Below, in pieces: positions 49,751-62,169 of a stretch of DNA of 64,000 bases. Position 1 is the first letter of the stretch; every line of letters begins with the position of its first letter. Made by a program: the position numbers and the translations under genes. This DNA comes from Eutreptiella sp. 'Long Island Sound 2002' (taxonomy: Eukaryota; Protista; Euglenida). The stretch lies in NCBI GenBank assembly GCA_964036045.1, contig OZ038379.1, forward strand, positions 19,220,001 through 19,284,000, given 5' to 3'. Below the pieces are notes generated by a model. It was not told the DNA's origin and did not search any database. It saw only the letters and a program-made list of their open reading frames with translations.

Positions 49751-52418
49751 CACACTACAAGGGGCAGTGGGCTGTGAAATCCCTTCTGTCCACTGCTGCA
49801 CTGCTGGGGGAGGGGGGGGGGCTTGCCTCAACACAGTTTGTTGCTGGTCACCTGCGATTATGGGTGTCATTACTGTACCTGAGTATTTCATGCACTCCAT
49901 TTGATCATTCAACAAAACACCACGACACCTCTGCATGACAGAAATGCGACACATGCACCAGAGCTCCAACCTGATAAATAGACAAAAAGAATGCACAAAC
50001 TCGACTCCACATATCTCATCTATATCTATGCAACAATATGTTTTCTGTGTCTGCAATGCTGCATTCCATAAAACACAAAATTCACTGCCAAACAAACACA
50101 ATATAGGTGGATGTTGTGCGATGACCCCACAACCACTTATCTGCCACAGCAGCTGCTGAAGCATGCAATGCCGTGTCCCCATCAGCCACAAGCTCTTGTG
50201 CAGGTGGGCATCTGAGGAAAGCATCACAAGGTTCAGCGTACTATCTCCAACCATGCAAACAACACTAGCAATTCGTTGTCTGCACTTCAAAATCCGGCTC
50301 GAAGAAGCAAACCAACAAAAAGCTAAACTGCGTTTCATGGGAGGAGTACACACAGCATACTGCACTGGCCGAAAATGTGCGGGAAACCGGCAGATCTTTG
50401 ATGGGGGAAACGGGGAGGAGGACATGCGGGAGGCAGAAAGGCGAAGCCTAGCTTGCCGGGGCGCTCACGGTGTAAGCTCCGTCAAAGCGAACAACCGCAG
50501 CGAGACTTCCGCAGGAAACACAGTCGCAGACAATGCACTTAGGACATCTGCCTTTTGGGCCAGGCATCACACGGTTGTGCCCTCTTGATCCTGGAAATAG
50601 CGGTGGTTCCTGCATGCAGGTCCCGCCCGCATTGTGCCACACCGTGGGCGGACAAAGCAGGGGGCAGGTAGAGCTGACGCATGTTTGTCGAGTCTCGACG
50701 GCGAGCAGACATCCACAAACATATATACTGGGCCATGGAGGTGTTATGTGTGATGTGAGCGATTGCTCAGGAGAACGGGGGCAGGAGCACTTGCAACAAT
50801 GGTCCTTTGTTGATCAGACGTTTGGTCCGTATGGCCTTTGGCGGACACATCTTCAACAAGGTACACCCGTCTACACTGTCCAAAATGAGATTGGTCATGA
50901 GGGAAGAGCAAAAAAAGATCAAGGGTCATGCCAATCATAAGTGATGAGGCATCACAAAACACGGGACCATTGCATGGGATGGTTGGAACCAGGCCCGAAA
51001 ACTGATGAAACATTAATGACAAGACCTATTTGTGGGCCTTAGGGCACTCACAGGGTGCTGCATGCGCCACGTCATGCAATCAAGCGCGAGGGCATGCACA
51101 ATAGATCATCATGAATCGGTCACATCTTTGTCTGCTTGGCTAAAGCTTGTGATTGCAATGTCGTCAGGGAAAGCGGAAAAGGTACAATGACTTGGTATGA
51201 CAACATCACAAACCAAACAGCAACTGATGCTGAACTGCCCTCAAATGCCATCAGATGTGTCTCCTCAGCAGCCTCACGTGCCATGGACATGTAATGATAC
51301 TTGCCGCAGCATCAAACAGCTTCCATGCACCGACCTGGTCTCCACACACTCATGCACCTGCACACACTCCACACAGACGCAACCATTGCACGCCATTATT
51401 TCGCGGGGCTATGCAATGGCTGCAGCCGTTCTTTGCAGTTTCTGTGAGAGTTTTGACCTGTCACCCCCGTTCTGCAGGGAAACCAAAAGGGTACCATCAT
51501 TCATGCAGTCGAGTATGCCTACTTCCTCTATCCTCAGGCTTGGGTTGCGACATCCTGTCTGTTGGTTGAGAAGGGCATAACGTTCATGACAGCTTGCTTC
51601 GGTTTGACCGGTGTGGCCAGGTGAGCACCAAGGTGTCAATGGCCGGAGGCTGCATCTTTCCTTCTTCAAAACAAGAAAGCCTCACCTTCCCTTTCCAGTG
51701 GGTTTCACGTTCCCTGTGCAGCTGGAAGAACATGTAAATCTGGGTGCACAAACCCTTCCCTCAAAAAGATGTTGATTCCACATAAACGCAACAGGTGCCT
51801 AAGGGTGCCAAACTGGAAGGAAAGCACTCTCAATCTGCACCTTTATGGCAAAAAAGAAATGTGAAACGGAAAGCACTTGAGACCCAATTAAAATTTACAC
51901 GTGCACTCAATCATTTGAATGCCAGAATCTGATCGGCATCCCTCCCACTTCCCAGCAGGAAATATGTATCCATATATAGGTTTCAAAAGGACAAGATGTG
52001 CCTAAAGCACCGGAAAAGCAATCTGTTGTCCGCGTCGTTGGCCATGGGGAGGCTCCTGCGTGCTGCTCTGCAACGTGTGGGCACACTGCCTTCCAGGATC
52101 TGTCATTGCGCCTTACGGCGAACACGCATGACAGACCTGAGATGAACAGCATGGAAGCACACAAAACTTACAGCGATAGGCCAACATGAAAAAATGCAGC
52201 TTGCAAATGTCGCATACGTGTCTTGTGGACCTAAACGGAATTGGCACGGAATCGAACTATATCTCTTGATGCCATGTTGGTCTCAGCAGAGGTCAAAAAG
52301 CAGGGGAAGCAGTTGAGAAAAAAAAGTGTCCCCACTGTGCGTTCAGCCCACGCCCCGTTTCCTCAATGCACGTGCATTGCTGGGGTTTCCATGGTAACAA
52401 CGGTTGAGCCTGTGGATA

Positions 52419-55400
52419 TTAGTGGTAGCGTTGGTTGTAGTTGGCAGGTGATGCTTCCGGACTATTGTAGTGTGGGACTTGGGGGGAGTATGGCATGGCT
52501 GGAGGAGGCATTGTCGAGACACTCACGACGGGGTACAACAGGTCTGAGGTGTACGCCTGCTCTCTTCCATGCCTTGTTTCTGCAGACGTCCGTTTGATGA
52601 AGTCAGCGAGCTCTTGCCTCTGAACTCGTCGGTCATCCGAAATGTCGATGATCTGGAAGATCTGGTCGAATGCAGCATCACTAATGACCAAATTGGGGTT
52701 GGCTTCTTGGACATAGGTCTGGAGGAACACGCGGCACTGCTCACGGCTCATGTTCTGTTGACCTGGTTCGCAGACATCATTCCAGATCTCGTCGACCAGC
52801 AGATCAATGCCACGATCCAAGCCCCCGCCCATATAGTTGGCTTTCAGCGCGAGTGCCCCCCGGATTTCGTCAAACGAAGCCTTGGCCTCGTCGTAGGTCT
52901 CATCGGAGCCAATCAAAAAGTCCGGAGGGTATCTGGAAGAAATGTGAGGCAATGGCAGCAAGGGCATGGATCCGCATTCATGTCATGGACAGTGATGTGC
53001 GTAAGCAGAGGGTGTGTGTGTCCCCAAGCATACTCCTCTATGGGATGCGGATGTATACTTCAAGCCCTGGTCCTCAGGAGGCATAAGACGAATGCATAAC
53101 CCATCAGAAGAAAGTGTCTTCACTGACATTGCCATAGGCGCCTTTCACTGCGACAAGAGAGTACCCCGAAGGAAACAAGATGTGAAGGCTACCCCTTGCT
53201 GCTCCCTGTGCACCTGGTGGTGCTGCAGTGCAGACCACTGGTACTACTGATGAGTACAGAACAGTTTTTGGGACAGATATCTCACAAAATGAGCATGTGC
53301 GGACCCCCGCCCCCCGTCGGTCAAGCATGTATTGTTCGAAAATCCACCATGGACCACCTCGGAGGCGAATGCTCATTTGTTAGCCTATGTTCCGCTCATG
53401 TGTAAGGCGCATGGTGAGTTGTGCACCTTGCGCACATTGCATTGTGAAGAGCTATGCTTGCTACTGCCTAGCTGCCGCCTCCCAACAGGCATACCTCCGC
53501 CGTCCAGTCTGAAAGGGGCCACAACTTGAATCAACGGGAACTAACAACTCAAAGAAAAAGGAGTTGGTTTTGAAAGACATACACTGCAGCCAGCCCTTTG
53601 CTGAGGAGGCCATCGGACAGCAGTTGACCGACCACTGTTGAGCCTGCCAAACTCTCCTCACGGCAAAAGGGTGTAACAGCTCACTGAAAGATGAGGCACT
53701 GCTGGGGGTGAGGAATACGCCGAACAGGCACCAAACGTGTTGCTACCAAATGGTCCCAAATAGCTAGAGGGAGGTCACCTCCACACAGAGCACCGTACCT
53801 GTTCACCACTTCCCAGAAGTGGTCATCGTCCCTGAACAGCGCATGCACTGGGTGCCAAGGCTGTAGACTTGCAATGAATCCTCCACTGAGACCTCCAGCA
53901 ACGGCAATTCCCAGGGTAGTCAGCAGAGCATAGGCTTGCGCTGCACACTGGTCACCGAGACTGCCTCCAGCTGCAACCTTCGGGAAATAGTCACTTGGGA
54001 ACCCCTGGCTATTGGACATTGCGATGGCAATAATACTGACGATAGCCCCCAGGATGCCCGGCATGCCATGAAGAGAGTTGACCCCACAAGTGTCTTGCAG
54101 ATTGATTGTTCTGGACAAAAAAGGCCCAATTCTTTGGAACGAGAAAGCGGAGAATGCTCCTGCGCATAACCCAACGGTCATGGTGGCCCATGGGTCAGTG
54201 ATGATGTCCGAGGCCGATCCAATGGCCACTCCTCCTGCAAGGGTGGCGTTGACCATGATCTCCATCTCCAGCTTGCCGAATAGCCATCGAGCAACACAGG
54301 CTGCTCCGACGCAACTGCCCCCAATAGAAAGCACAGTGTTGACGACGACACGGTGCTGAGGGGCACCAACAGCCAGCGCGCCGTTGAATGATGGCCAATA
54401 CATCCACAAGAAGATACTTCCCAGGAGGGCCGTCACCTCGGAGATGTATCCGTCTTGCAAGTTTTTGCTCTCAGCTGTGCGCTTGGGTTGGAAGAACCAA
54501 GTGGCAGCAACACCGTAATAGGCTCCAAAGGCATGAACGAACATGCTGCCTCCCATGTCGGTTGCCTTGTACTTTTGTACTCCGATGGATTCATTCAAAC
54601 CCCATAGGAACATCTCCCAGAAGACTAAGAAGAATAGCTGCTGCAAGTTGCACTTGCCAAGGATGGCCCCAAACGTGATCATGGCAGCACCAGCCCCAAA
54701 ATCCCCAATGATCAGATTCTCAATGGTGAGGGGTATCTTGTGCCACGTGGTCCCGCCGATCACCTGAGGGACAATCAAAGGGTTTGGCAGCCGTTGTGTA
54801 ACATGGGCGACCCTTCCGATACACAGAGCACGCACCAACGCCAAGCAAGCGCCCACACTGCCGCCCCCAGCCCCATGGTCAAGTGCCCCCCCTGTGCACA
54901 ACGGTTCCCCCACACCTCGGGGGAACATGACCAAAGTGACGGTTCCCTCATCCCCCAGGGACTGGACAAGGGAGGCGGAGGGGTGAGCTGACATCCCCCA
55001 CAACGACTGGTACCTGATGCCAAAATCCGTTGCTCAAAATGCCCCACTGCAAAGCCCAAACTGAGATGATCCAGTTGAAGGCCAGTGCCGACCACATGGA
55101 GGTCTTGATAAAAGTCATCAAAAAGCCGAAACCAATGAAGATCATCACGTGAACATCTTGGAAGAAGGGATACAGATTTTGGACAACATCCTTGGCGTCG
55201 GCTTCACTGACGGATGTGCTGGGCTGGATCTCATCAGAGAATCGTGTGAAGAACCCGAAAAACAAAATGGCGACGGCCTGGGCCACCACAAATGCAAGTT
55301 CCCCGTAGCCATAGTGCCGAGGAGGAGATGGTTTGATCAGTTCGACTGGCTTTTGAAGTTCGGTCTCCGAGAAGTTTGTATCAGCATCCTGAGTTCGCCG

Positions 55401-55523
55401 AGCCAAATTCTCACGGGGTGCTCTCCTTTCGTCAATGGGCACGAAGACGTCGTGGACAAGACCCCGCTGGTCAACGGACCGATGTTCCCCATGCTCACGC
55501 GGTGGTGGGTAGTTTGCTGCCAT
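52419..55523 (-). CDS. Rh: Rh-family ammonium/gas transporter fused to a C-terminal EF-hand pair, 3 exons, 662 aa
   Basis: join(55014-55523, 53799-54763, 52419-52932) = 1989 nt, with junctions CAG|GTACCA..ccctcag|GTG (HQ|VIG) and AG|GTACGG..ttcttccag|A (VNR|YPPD). Rh signatures: YPFFQDVHVMIFIGFGFLMTF, GDF, DMGGSMFVHAFGAYYG, FLWMYWPSFN, NATLAGGVAIG, DTCGVNSLHGMPG (twin His intact). EF-hand region: EIWNDV...REQCRVFLQTY...SDAAFDQIFQIIDISDDRRVQRQELADFIKR. The extreme C-terminus may be alternatively spliced (GTGAGT at ~52520). Confidence 0.88.
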
Positions 55524-55531
55524 GTATATGT

Positions 55532-55552
55532 CTGCTAGAAAGAACAAATTCA
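55532..55552 (-). promoter_or_regulatory. Pyrimidine tract + AG acceptor 8 nt upstream of the Rh ATG
   Basis: aatttgttctttctagcag|acatatacATG. Confidence 0.5.
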
Positions 55553-55931
55553 CGAGTGTTGATGCACAAACAAGCTCAACCGAGCATCAACTCTCTGTCG
55601 TCCGCAAAACACAAAAGCAGTAAGCTACATAACTGTCACACAACGATTTACATGACTCACGCATGCAGTTGGGGGGAGGGGGGGAATGCACCGCACACCT
55701 ATTTCACCTGGAGATGGGCCCATTTGCCCCATGCATGAAATAACCTCCACAAGAAGCTACAAACCGCAAAACAGCAATACATGGTGCTGCAGCCTTGGCA
55801 GCTTGGACTAAAAATGTGCTCATCCTACTCCACCACCCAAAAGGTCAGCTCCACAGTATTCGTGCAACCAGCCCGTCGTGACGATGTTGCCCCTTGTGTT
55901 GTGTGCATACAACGGGGGTGGTAGCTTTCAG

Positions 55932-55961
55932 CCTGACCCTAACCTTAACCCTAACCCTAAC
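55932..55961 (+). repeat. Interstitial telomere-like repeat (CCTGAC CCTAAC CTTAAC CCTAAC CCTAAC)
   Basis: Five consecutive TTAGGG-type hexamers or variants, followed by a poly-C tract. Confidence 0.7.
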
Positions 55962-56478
55962 CCCCCCCCCCCCCCCCTCACCCCTGGCTGGACACCCCCA
56001 TGACCCCCGGCCAGACCCCCCCCCCACGACCCCCGGCAGGAACCCCCCCCGAAGGAACTCTGGGCTATGGTGCGTGAGCACAAGACGCGATCAGCACAAA
56101 GCGCAGAAAGAAATGTGGCTCGTCAGTGGCCTATAAGACCATAGGTACCTTTCTGTCGACAAGGACGCAAAGATGCCAGTGGACGGACCACTGAAAAAGC
56201 GAACTGCAGTGAGGACGCGGCGGTACGTACAAGACCATCGCTATGCAGGCCTCACCGGATCAATCAGTCAACCTGTCACTGAGTTCACATACAACAGGAA
56301 ACGCCAGAGACCCCTCCCCCCGGGGCCGAGGCCCCAAACGGATTGATGTCGACGGATCCAGCAATGGGGTAAGGTAAGAGAGGATGGGAAAATCATGGCA
56401 CCAGTCGGCGCAAAACTGGCTGCACGGCCCAGCATGTGGCATGTGCCACGAGGCATATGCCTGGTCAGACCAAACTGT

Positions 56479-56512
<34 letters not shown>

Positions 56513-56524
56513 ACCCCCGGGTAG

Positions 56525-56563
<39 letters not shown>

Positions 56564-59500
56564 ACCCCCCGAGTTTTGAAAGATAGTGTTGGGGGGTGGG
56601 TCGCATCAGGACTGGTTGTAGTCACCCCCCCCCCCCCCCCCCGTGGTGAGGGCTTGTTTTGCTAGTTTGATGCTCCTCGTTGTGGGGACCCCACGAATGC
56701 AAGGCTTATGGAGCCACTTTGGTTGATCCATGGTGTTGGAGTGACAGGAGGGTAGGGGGCATTGGGCCATCATTTTTTCTTTTTGTGGGAACGCGAAGAA
56801 TGTGTGGATTACTGGCGAATTTATTCATCCCCGGTGTCGGGATCGTGAGAGGGCAAGGGGTATGTCGGCAATCAAGCAATCATCCATAGTTTGTGATAGT
56901 CCATCATGCATCTTGCATAATTCTTCCTTTGTAATGGCCAGGGTTTTACTAGTTCAAATGTGCTTGCACAACCCAAGATGTGGCAATGGTCACAGCTATG
57001 CAGCCCAATAGCCACATGGGCCAGTACTAAGACTTGATGCCAAAACCTAGGTCATTCTACATGCCCATGTCAGCCCGACACACGATAAAAGAAAAAGGAA
57101 AAGACTAATGCCTACCCTAGAATAGCACAACGGTCAATGGCACGCACCAGGCGTGAGGATGCGTCCTGCCAAACGTGCTTGGCCAGGAGCTGGGAGTGCC
57201 TCAGGATAGTGCAAAGGGCCGATGTTCCATGTCCTCCCTAAGGCACTTCAACCTCCACGCCTAGCACCAACGGCAAGGGCCATATTTTCCAACCAGGTGA
57301 TCATCATGTCCCTCACCTAGTCCTCTTCCACCCCCCCGAAAAGTCGTCCTACTCCCCCTCCGCCCCATTCTCCACTTGCCCCCCCCCCCCCTCCCCCCCA
57401 CCCCGTGCTACTCCGTCTTCGACTGCTCCGTGTTTGATCGTAGCATTCATCTGGCGTCCTCTTTTGAGGTCTTGGAGAGATGCGTGGTGACCTCCACGTA
57501 TAGTCCATTGGACAAGGAGGTCTCAAGCCCCCCGCACTGTTGCCGATTCCTACCTCGTAGGCGAATCACGGTCCGAGACGGCATGGTGTTGGCGTTGACA
57601 AGGTTAAGTCTTTACATTTGCACGCCACAAAAGCAAATTGTGACCAAATAGTTGTCATCCGAGTTTTGTCATGATGGGAGGCCGCGTCATCTACTTGAAC
57701 GTTGCATGAGTATTAGTACCACTGCTTCGCCACCTCACCTGGGGTGTGTGCCTAGTTGGCATAATTCGGTGAATGCTTTTCGACTCGAATGGTTGTATCA
57801 CAAGAAAGAGTTGTTGGTGACAATCATGTGTATGGACATTAAAAATCATTGGTTTGCGTGTTGTGCAAAGATGGCCTAAAGTTTTTGGGCCAAATGTCAT
57901 GGACATCACAATTTCACTAATAATACTCCACCACGTTTGATTTTATTTGGGTGAAATGAGTTGTGGTGTAAAGAGGTGCGATCCCTGCAATGTGTTGGTA
58001 CTTAGAATGCATTTTAATACACCACAGGCATGACATGAGCCCTGGAATTGCTGTAGTCCTCAAGACAATGCGAAGATATCTTTTTGTTCACGCATTCATT
58101 AGTCTAGTGTACTCGCAATGTCGTTGTTGTGGTTGGTTGCGGGGGTGGGGGCTTTGGTTTGGAATGCCTTTCTTGCATTGGCAGCTGCACACATTTCCTC
58201 AAGATATTCATCACACATCCTCAAGCGTACTTCGGATTTATGAAATTGAAGAATGTTAAAAGTGTGATTGGCATTACTGTAAACCATAATACCACTACCG
58301 TTAGCGAGGTTCCAATCATGGGACACCCATTAAGATCAAACCACGACTCTTCTTTCACAATCTTGTCTTGATGTTGGTATGATGAGTCTTGGTGAACCCT
58401 TTGTGAACCGTTTTTTTTTACTTTGGGTCGCATTTGACGAATTTTGGACGCATTTTTTTTTTGCATGGTGCCTTGCTATTGTGCCCGCTTGCTGTGCTTT
58501 CTTTTGCTATAAACTAGAGGAAAATTAAGTACTTTGGAATTGTGTTCACATTCACACCCCGGTGCACAAAAGCCATATAGTTTCACATGAATTTGGCGAA
58601 CGCGACTTTCTCACGAATTTTGCATTAATCTTACATTCATGCCACATGTCTTTTCCCCACAACTCACACATTGTTTCCCTTGTGTAACAGAGCTTTATTG
58701 GCGTCATGTCCCAACACTTGTCTCGGCTCGGTATGTGCCAGACTTCGCTGCCAACGCCCACTGCCGCGGAATCTAGGAGAGTCTCCCCCTTGATGTAATG
58801 TTCTTCTCTTTGGCCAAAAATATCAACATAATGTCTTGGGCCTCAATAAACGGGGGCATGGCATAGAAAGCCATTTGGTCAAAGTCCACCGGGGGAAAGA
58901 ATGAATTTCTTCTAAAACTTCTTCCTCGCGTATTATGGAAGAGTAGGGACATTTCTTATGTATGTTGCGCATCTCCGTCTTGTCCTTCTGGGCAAGCTGC
59001 CACCCACAAGCTAAAGCCGCCAATCGGGTGCTGCGATGCAGCGCAATAGTACTGTGACAATGGCAGTGCAACTAAATGACAATTGTACCCCCATCACCCC
59101 TTGATTGGTAACGGGATGGGGGTCGGCATAAGTGACTTGTGGCCCAGATGCTGCAAACCGGCATGAAGGAGTGCAAGGCCGAGCGAGAGAGCGCCATGGG
59201 GGTGGCGACCACGCATCGTGAGTGCTCCGACCAATGCCCGGGTGTGCCTTGGCTGAACACCCGGCGCGAGAATATGGATGGCGCGACAAGCGGGTCTTTC
59301 AAGGGTCCGAGCGGTGCACAATGTATCGTGGCCACCCAACATTTGGTATCAATACCTTATTCTCCTCCGAAAACGAGGACAACACCACCCCCTATTTGCA
59401 CCCTTTTGGCACGCAAACAAACATTTTGGCGCATGGGGCGCGAGACTTTAACCTAATTTATTGATAACCTTGTCCATTTGATCACCTTTTCCAAGCCCCC

Positions 59501-61709
59501 TTCCCCCTGCAATATTTGAGGAGCTGTATTGTTGCCTTTCATCCCAAGGTGGTTGTATGTTTTTCTCACTCGAAGAACTCCAAACGTTGAAACTTACAAA
59601 ATTCATCCAATACCTCTTTTCCCACATCGTGTTTCGGTTTTCAGTCCCTATATGCAGCGGCTGTCTTTTAACAAGTGCTTGCATTTTGCTGTGCTGCCCA
59701 TGATCATCAAAGCGGTGAGTATTCCTCCATATGTTGTTGGCCAGCCGCAAAACACCTCCAATAGTTCCACACTGCGTCTCACTATCACCACTGCCACCGC
59801 CACCACCAACAAAGTTTCCACAAGACCTATCCTGGTTGCTGCCGCTACAATTGCTTCTACTATCGGCACCACCAATGCCACCGTGAACACTAGCCAATGA
59901 GTTGCTAATACAGGGGCATGGCGGAAAGGAATGAGGCCACATGACCTGTTTTGGAGCCACCGAAGAGTAGTGTCCACGGTTCAGGGACCCGCTACCATCT
60001 TCATTTAGGCTGGAGCGGTGGCAAAGTGTGATGGCTGGACCATATGCATGGGAAGAGCCCTCAGGGGGTGAATATAGTAGCACCCCACTCACTGCATCAA
60101 AAAGAACACAGATGGGGCGGCCCAGCATGTGCGCCAAAAGCCTTAGCTCAACATCTCCTCTATACTTGCCAAGAGGGTCAATGTTATCTTGCACATATTG
60201 GACCAGATCCAGTGCATCGTGGCCGTATGTTGCAAAGACAACGCCACCAAACAAACACAAGTTTTCGATTGCAAACGATGTAAGGTCCTCTCGGAGCTCC
60301 TTGGTACCCCTCCCCCCCGTACTGGTTCTCCAACCCATAGTGTTTCCACCTTGTGCCCACACTTGCATCTTGACTATGTGTTCAAGTGTCAGCTTGTCAC
60401 AGTAGGCCGCCTCTGACCAATAACGATGCTGCTACACAATTCATATCTACTTCTGTGGACTAACTTGTAGTGGTTCTGTGGTGTGAGGGAACACAATTTG
60501 AGTGAGAGGAGCACCCCTCATCAGACTTCGAGCTTTACAACACAGGATATTGAAAGCCTCTAAGTATACATTATAGATCATCACCATTGCAACATGCAAT
60601 GAATTTTCGCCAAGACTGCAAGAAATGTCGCCTTTCTAATCCCAAGAACAAACACACAAATACCGGGACTTTCAAAATCCAGAGAATGCATCAATCTTGC
60701 CTAATCCCCCACTTCTTGCATCCTCCCCGGCTCTATCGCTTGATGGTCCCCACTACCCACAACTACCCTGGAGGACACAAGCCAAATGAGTCTCTAAAAC
60801 CAGTTCATCCATGTGATCTGTACATCGCATGATATGGATGCATTGATAATGAGATTTCCGGTTGGCCCATATTAGAGAATATTATCCAAGCCCCCTTTGG
60901 CGTGCAAGATTGAAGAGCTGTATTGTTGCCCCTCCTCCCAAGGTGATTGTATTTTTTTTCTTCCGAAGAAGTCCAAGCGTTGAAACTTACAAAATTCATC
61001 CAATACCTCTCTTCCCACGTTGTGTTTCGGTTTGGAATCCCTGTATGCAGTCGCTGTCTTCTAACAAGTCCTTGCATTTTGCTGTGCTTGAACATATGCA
61101 ACGGGAAGGTAGGTTGGTTGTTGTAATCCACGAATCAAATCTTTGCCCAAAGCTGATGCAGCAAGGCGCTGATGTTCTTGGGCATCTTTGATGAGGGTAG
61201 TCACAGTAGGTCCACTCACGATTTGAGGTGAGAGCTTTGATGCTTTGACAAACTCAGTGCCATTGTGGTTGACAAGATCCAGGTAGGTTGCTTGGGCGTT
61301 CATTAAGAACAGTCTGTGCAACAAGGAAGTGGTCACAACAGGTAAAGATGCTTGCAACATGGATGTACGCTTGCAATAGTAGCAATGCCGCTTTTAATCA
61401 CTAAGACCCGCACTCATTTCCATTAGGTGGAAAACAAAAGCAATCATTAACAAGAGTAATGGATGGGGATGTCAAAAGCAATCAAAGAGTTGAATGGGTG
61501 GCAACGGCATCACATCATCCCAACTGTTGTATTGAGCTGGGATAAGCATAGCAACTATTGTATTCGCTTGGGACCAGTGTACCAACTGTTGTATTGGGTT
61601 GGGATGATTGTACCAACTGTTGTATGGGGTTGCTGAAGTTGTGCTCCAAATTTTGAACAGATCGCGTGATGCAAGTTTGGACTGTTGTTTAAGACAACGT
61701 GGGACGCCT

Positions 61710-62082
61710 AGGTTTAGTGGTAGTGGCACCGTTCCCTCACCTCAAGCAGGCACTCAATTCTTCAGACATAGGAATTCGGGGTCGGCGAGGGTCCCTGCCC
61801 GGGACTGATCGCCCATGTAAGTCGACACTAGAAAGGACCAATGTGCTCGGGGTCGGGGCGGGTGAGTGGGGGTAAGGGCTTGCAGAGGGGAGTATGCAGG
61901 TTAGGTTGGTTGAGTGGGTGGGTCAAAAACTGAGTGAGCTCTGAAGACAACGGGGGTCACACGCCTGTACTAAACTATTGTTTATTGCACAAACAAAGGT
62001 TTAGTGGTAGTGGCGCCGTTCCCTGGCCTCAGGCAGGCACTCAATTCTTTGGACATAGGCATTCGGGGTCGGCGAGGGTCCC
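61710..62082. repeat. Pair of 86-bp direct repeats (61710-61795 and 61997-62082)
   Basis: AGGTTTAGTGGTAGTGGCRCCGTTCCC...GGGGTCGGCGAGGGTCCC twice. Confidence 0.85.
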
Positions 62083-62169
62083 AGCCCCTTCCATGCAATG
62101 TCCACCCCTCCTCAACCCCCCCGTACCCAGCCACCCCATGGCCACCCGATCAGCGTTTGGTCTTATGTA

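Noticed and set aside
53681-55003. 440-aa ORF as the complete Rh protein
   Set aside because: Its N-terminal ~80 aa and C-terminal tail are intron read-through. The splice model restores the Rh N-terminal signature and the EF-hand tail.
55932-55961. True chromosome end
   Set aside because: Only five partly variant hexamers, with complex sequence continuing on both sides.
56260-56625. Gly- or Pro-rich ORFs
   Set aside because: Produced by poly-C/G tracts of a repeat end.
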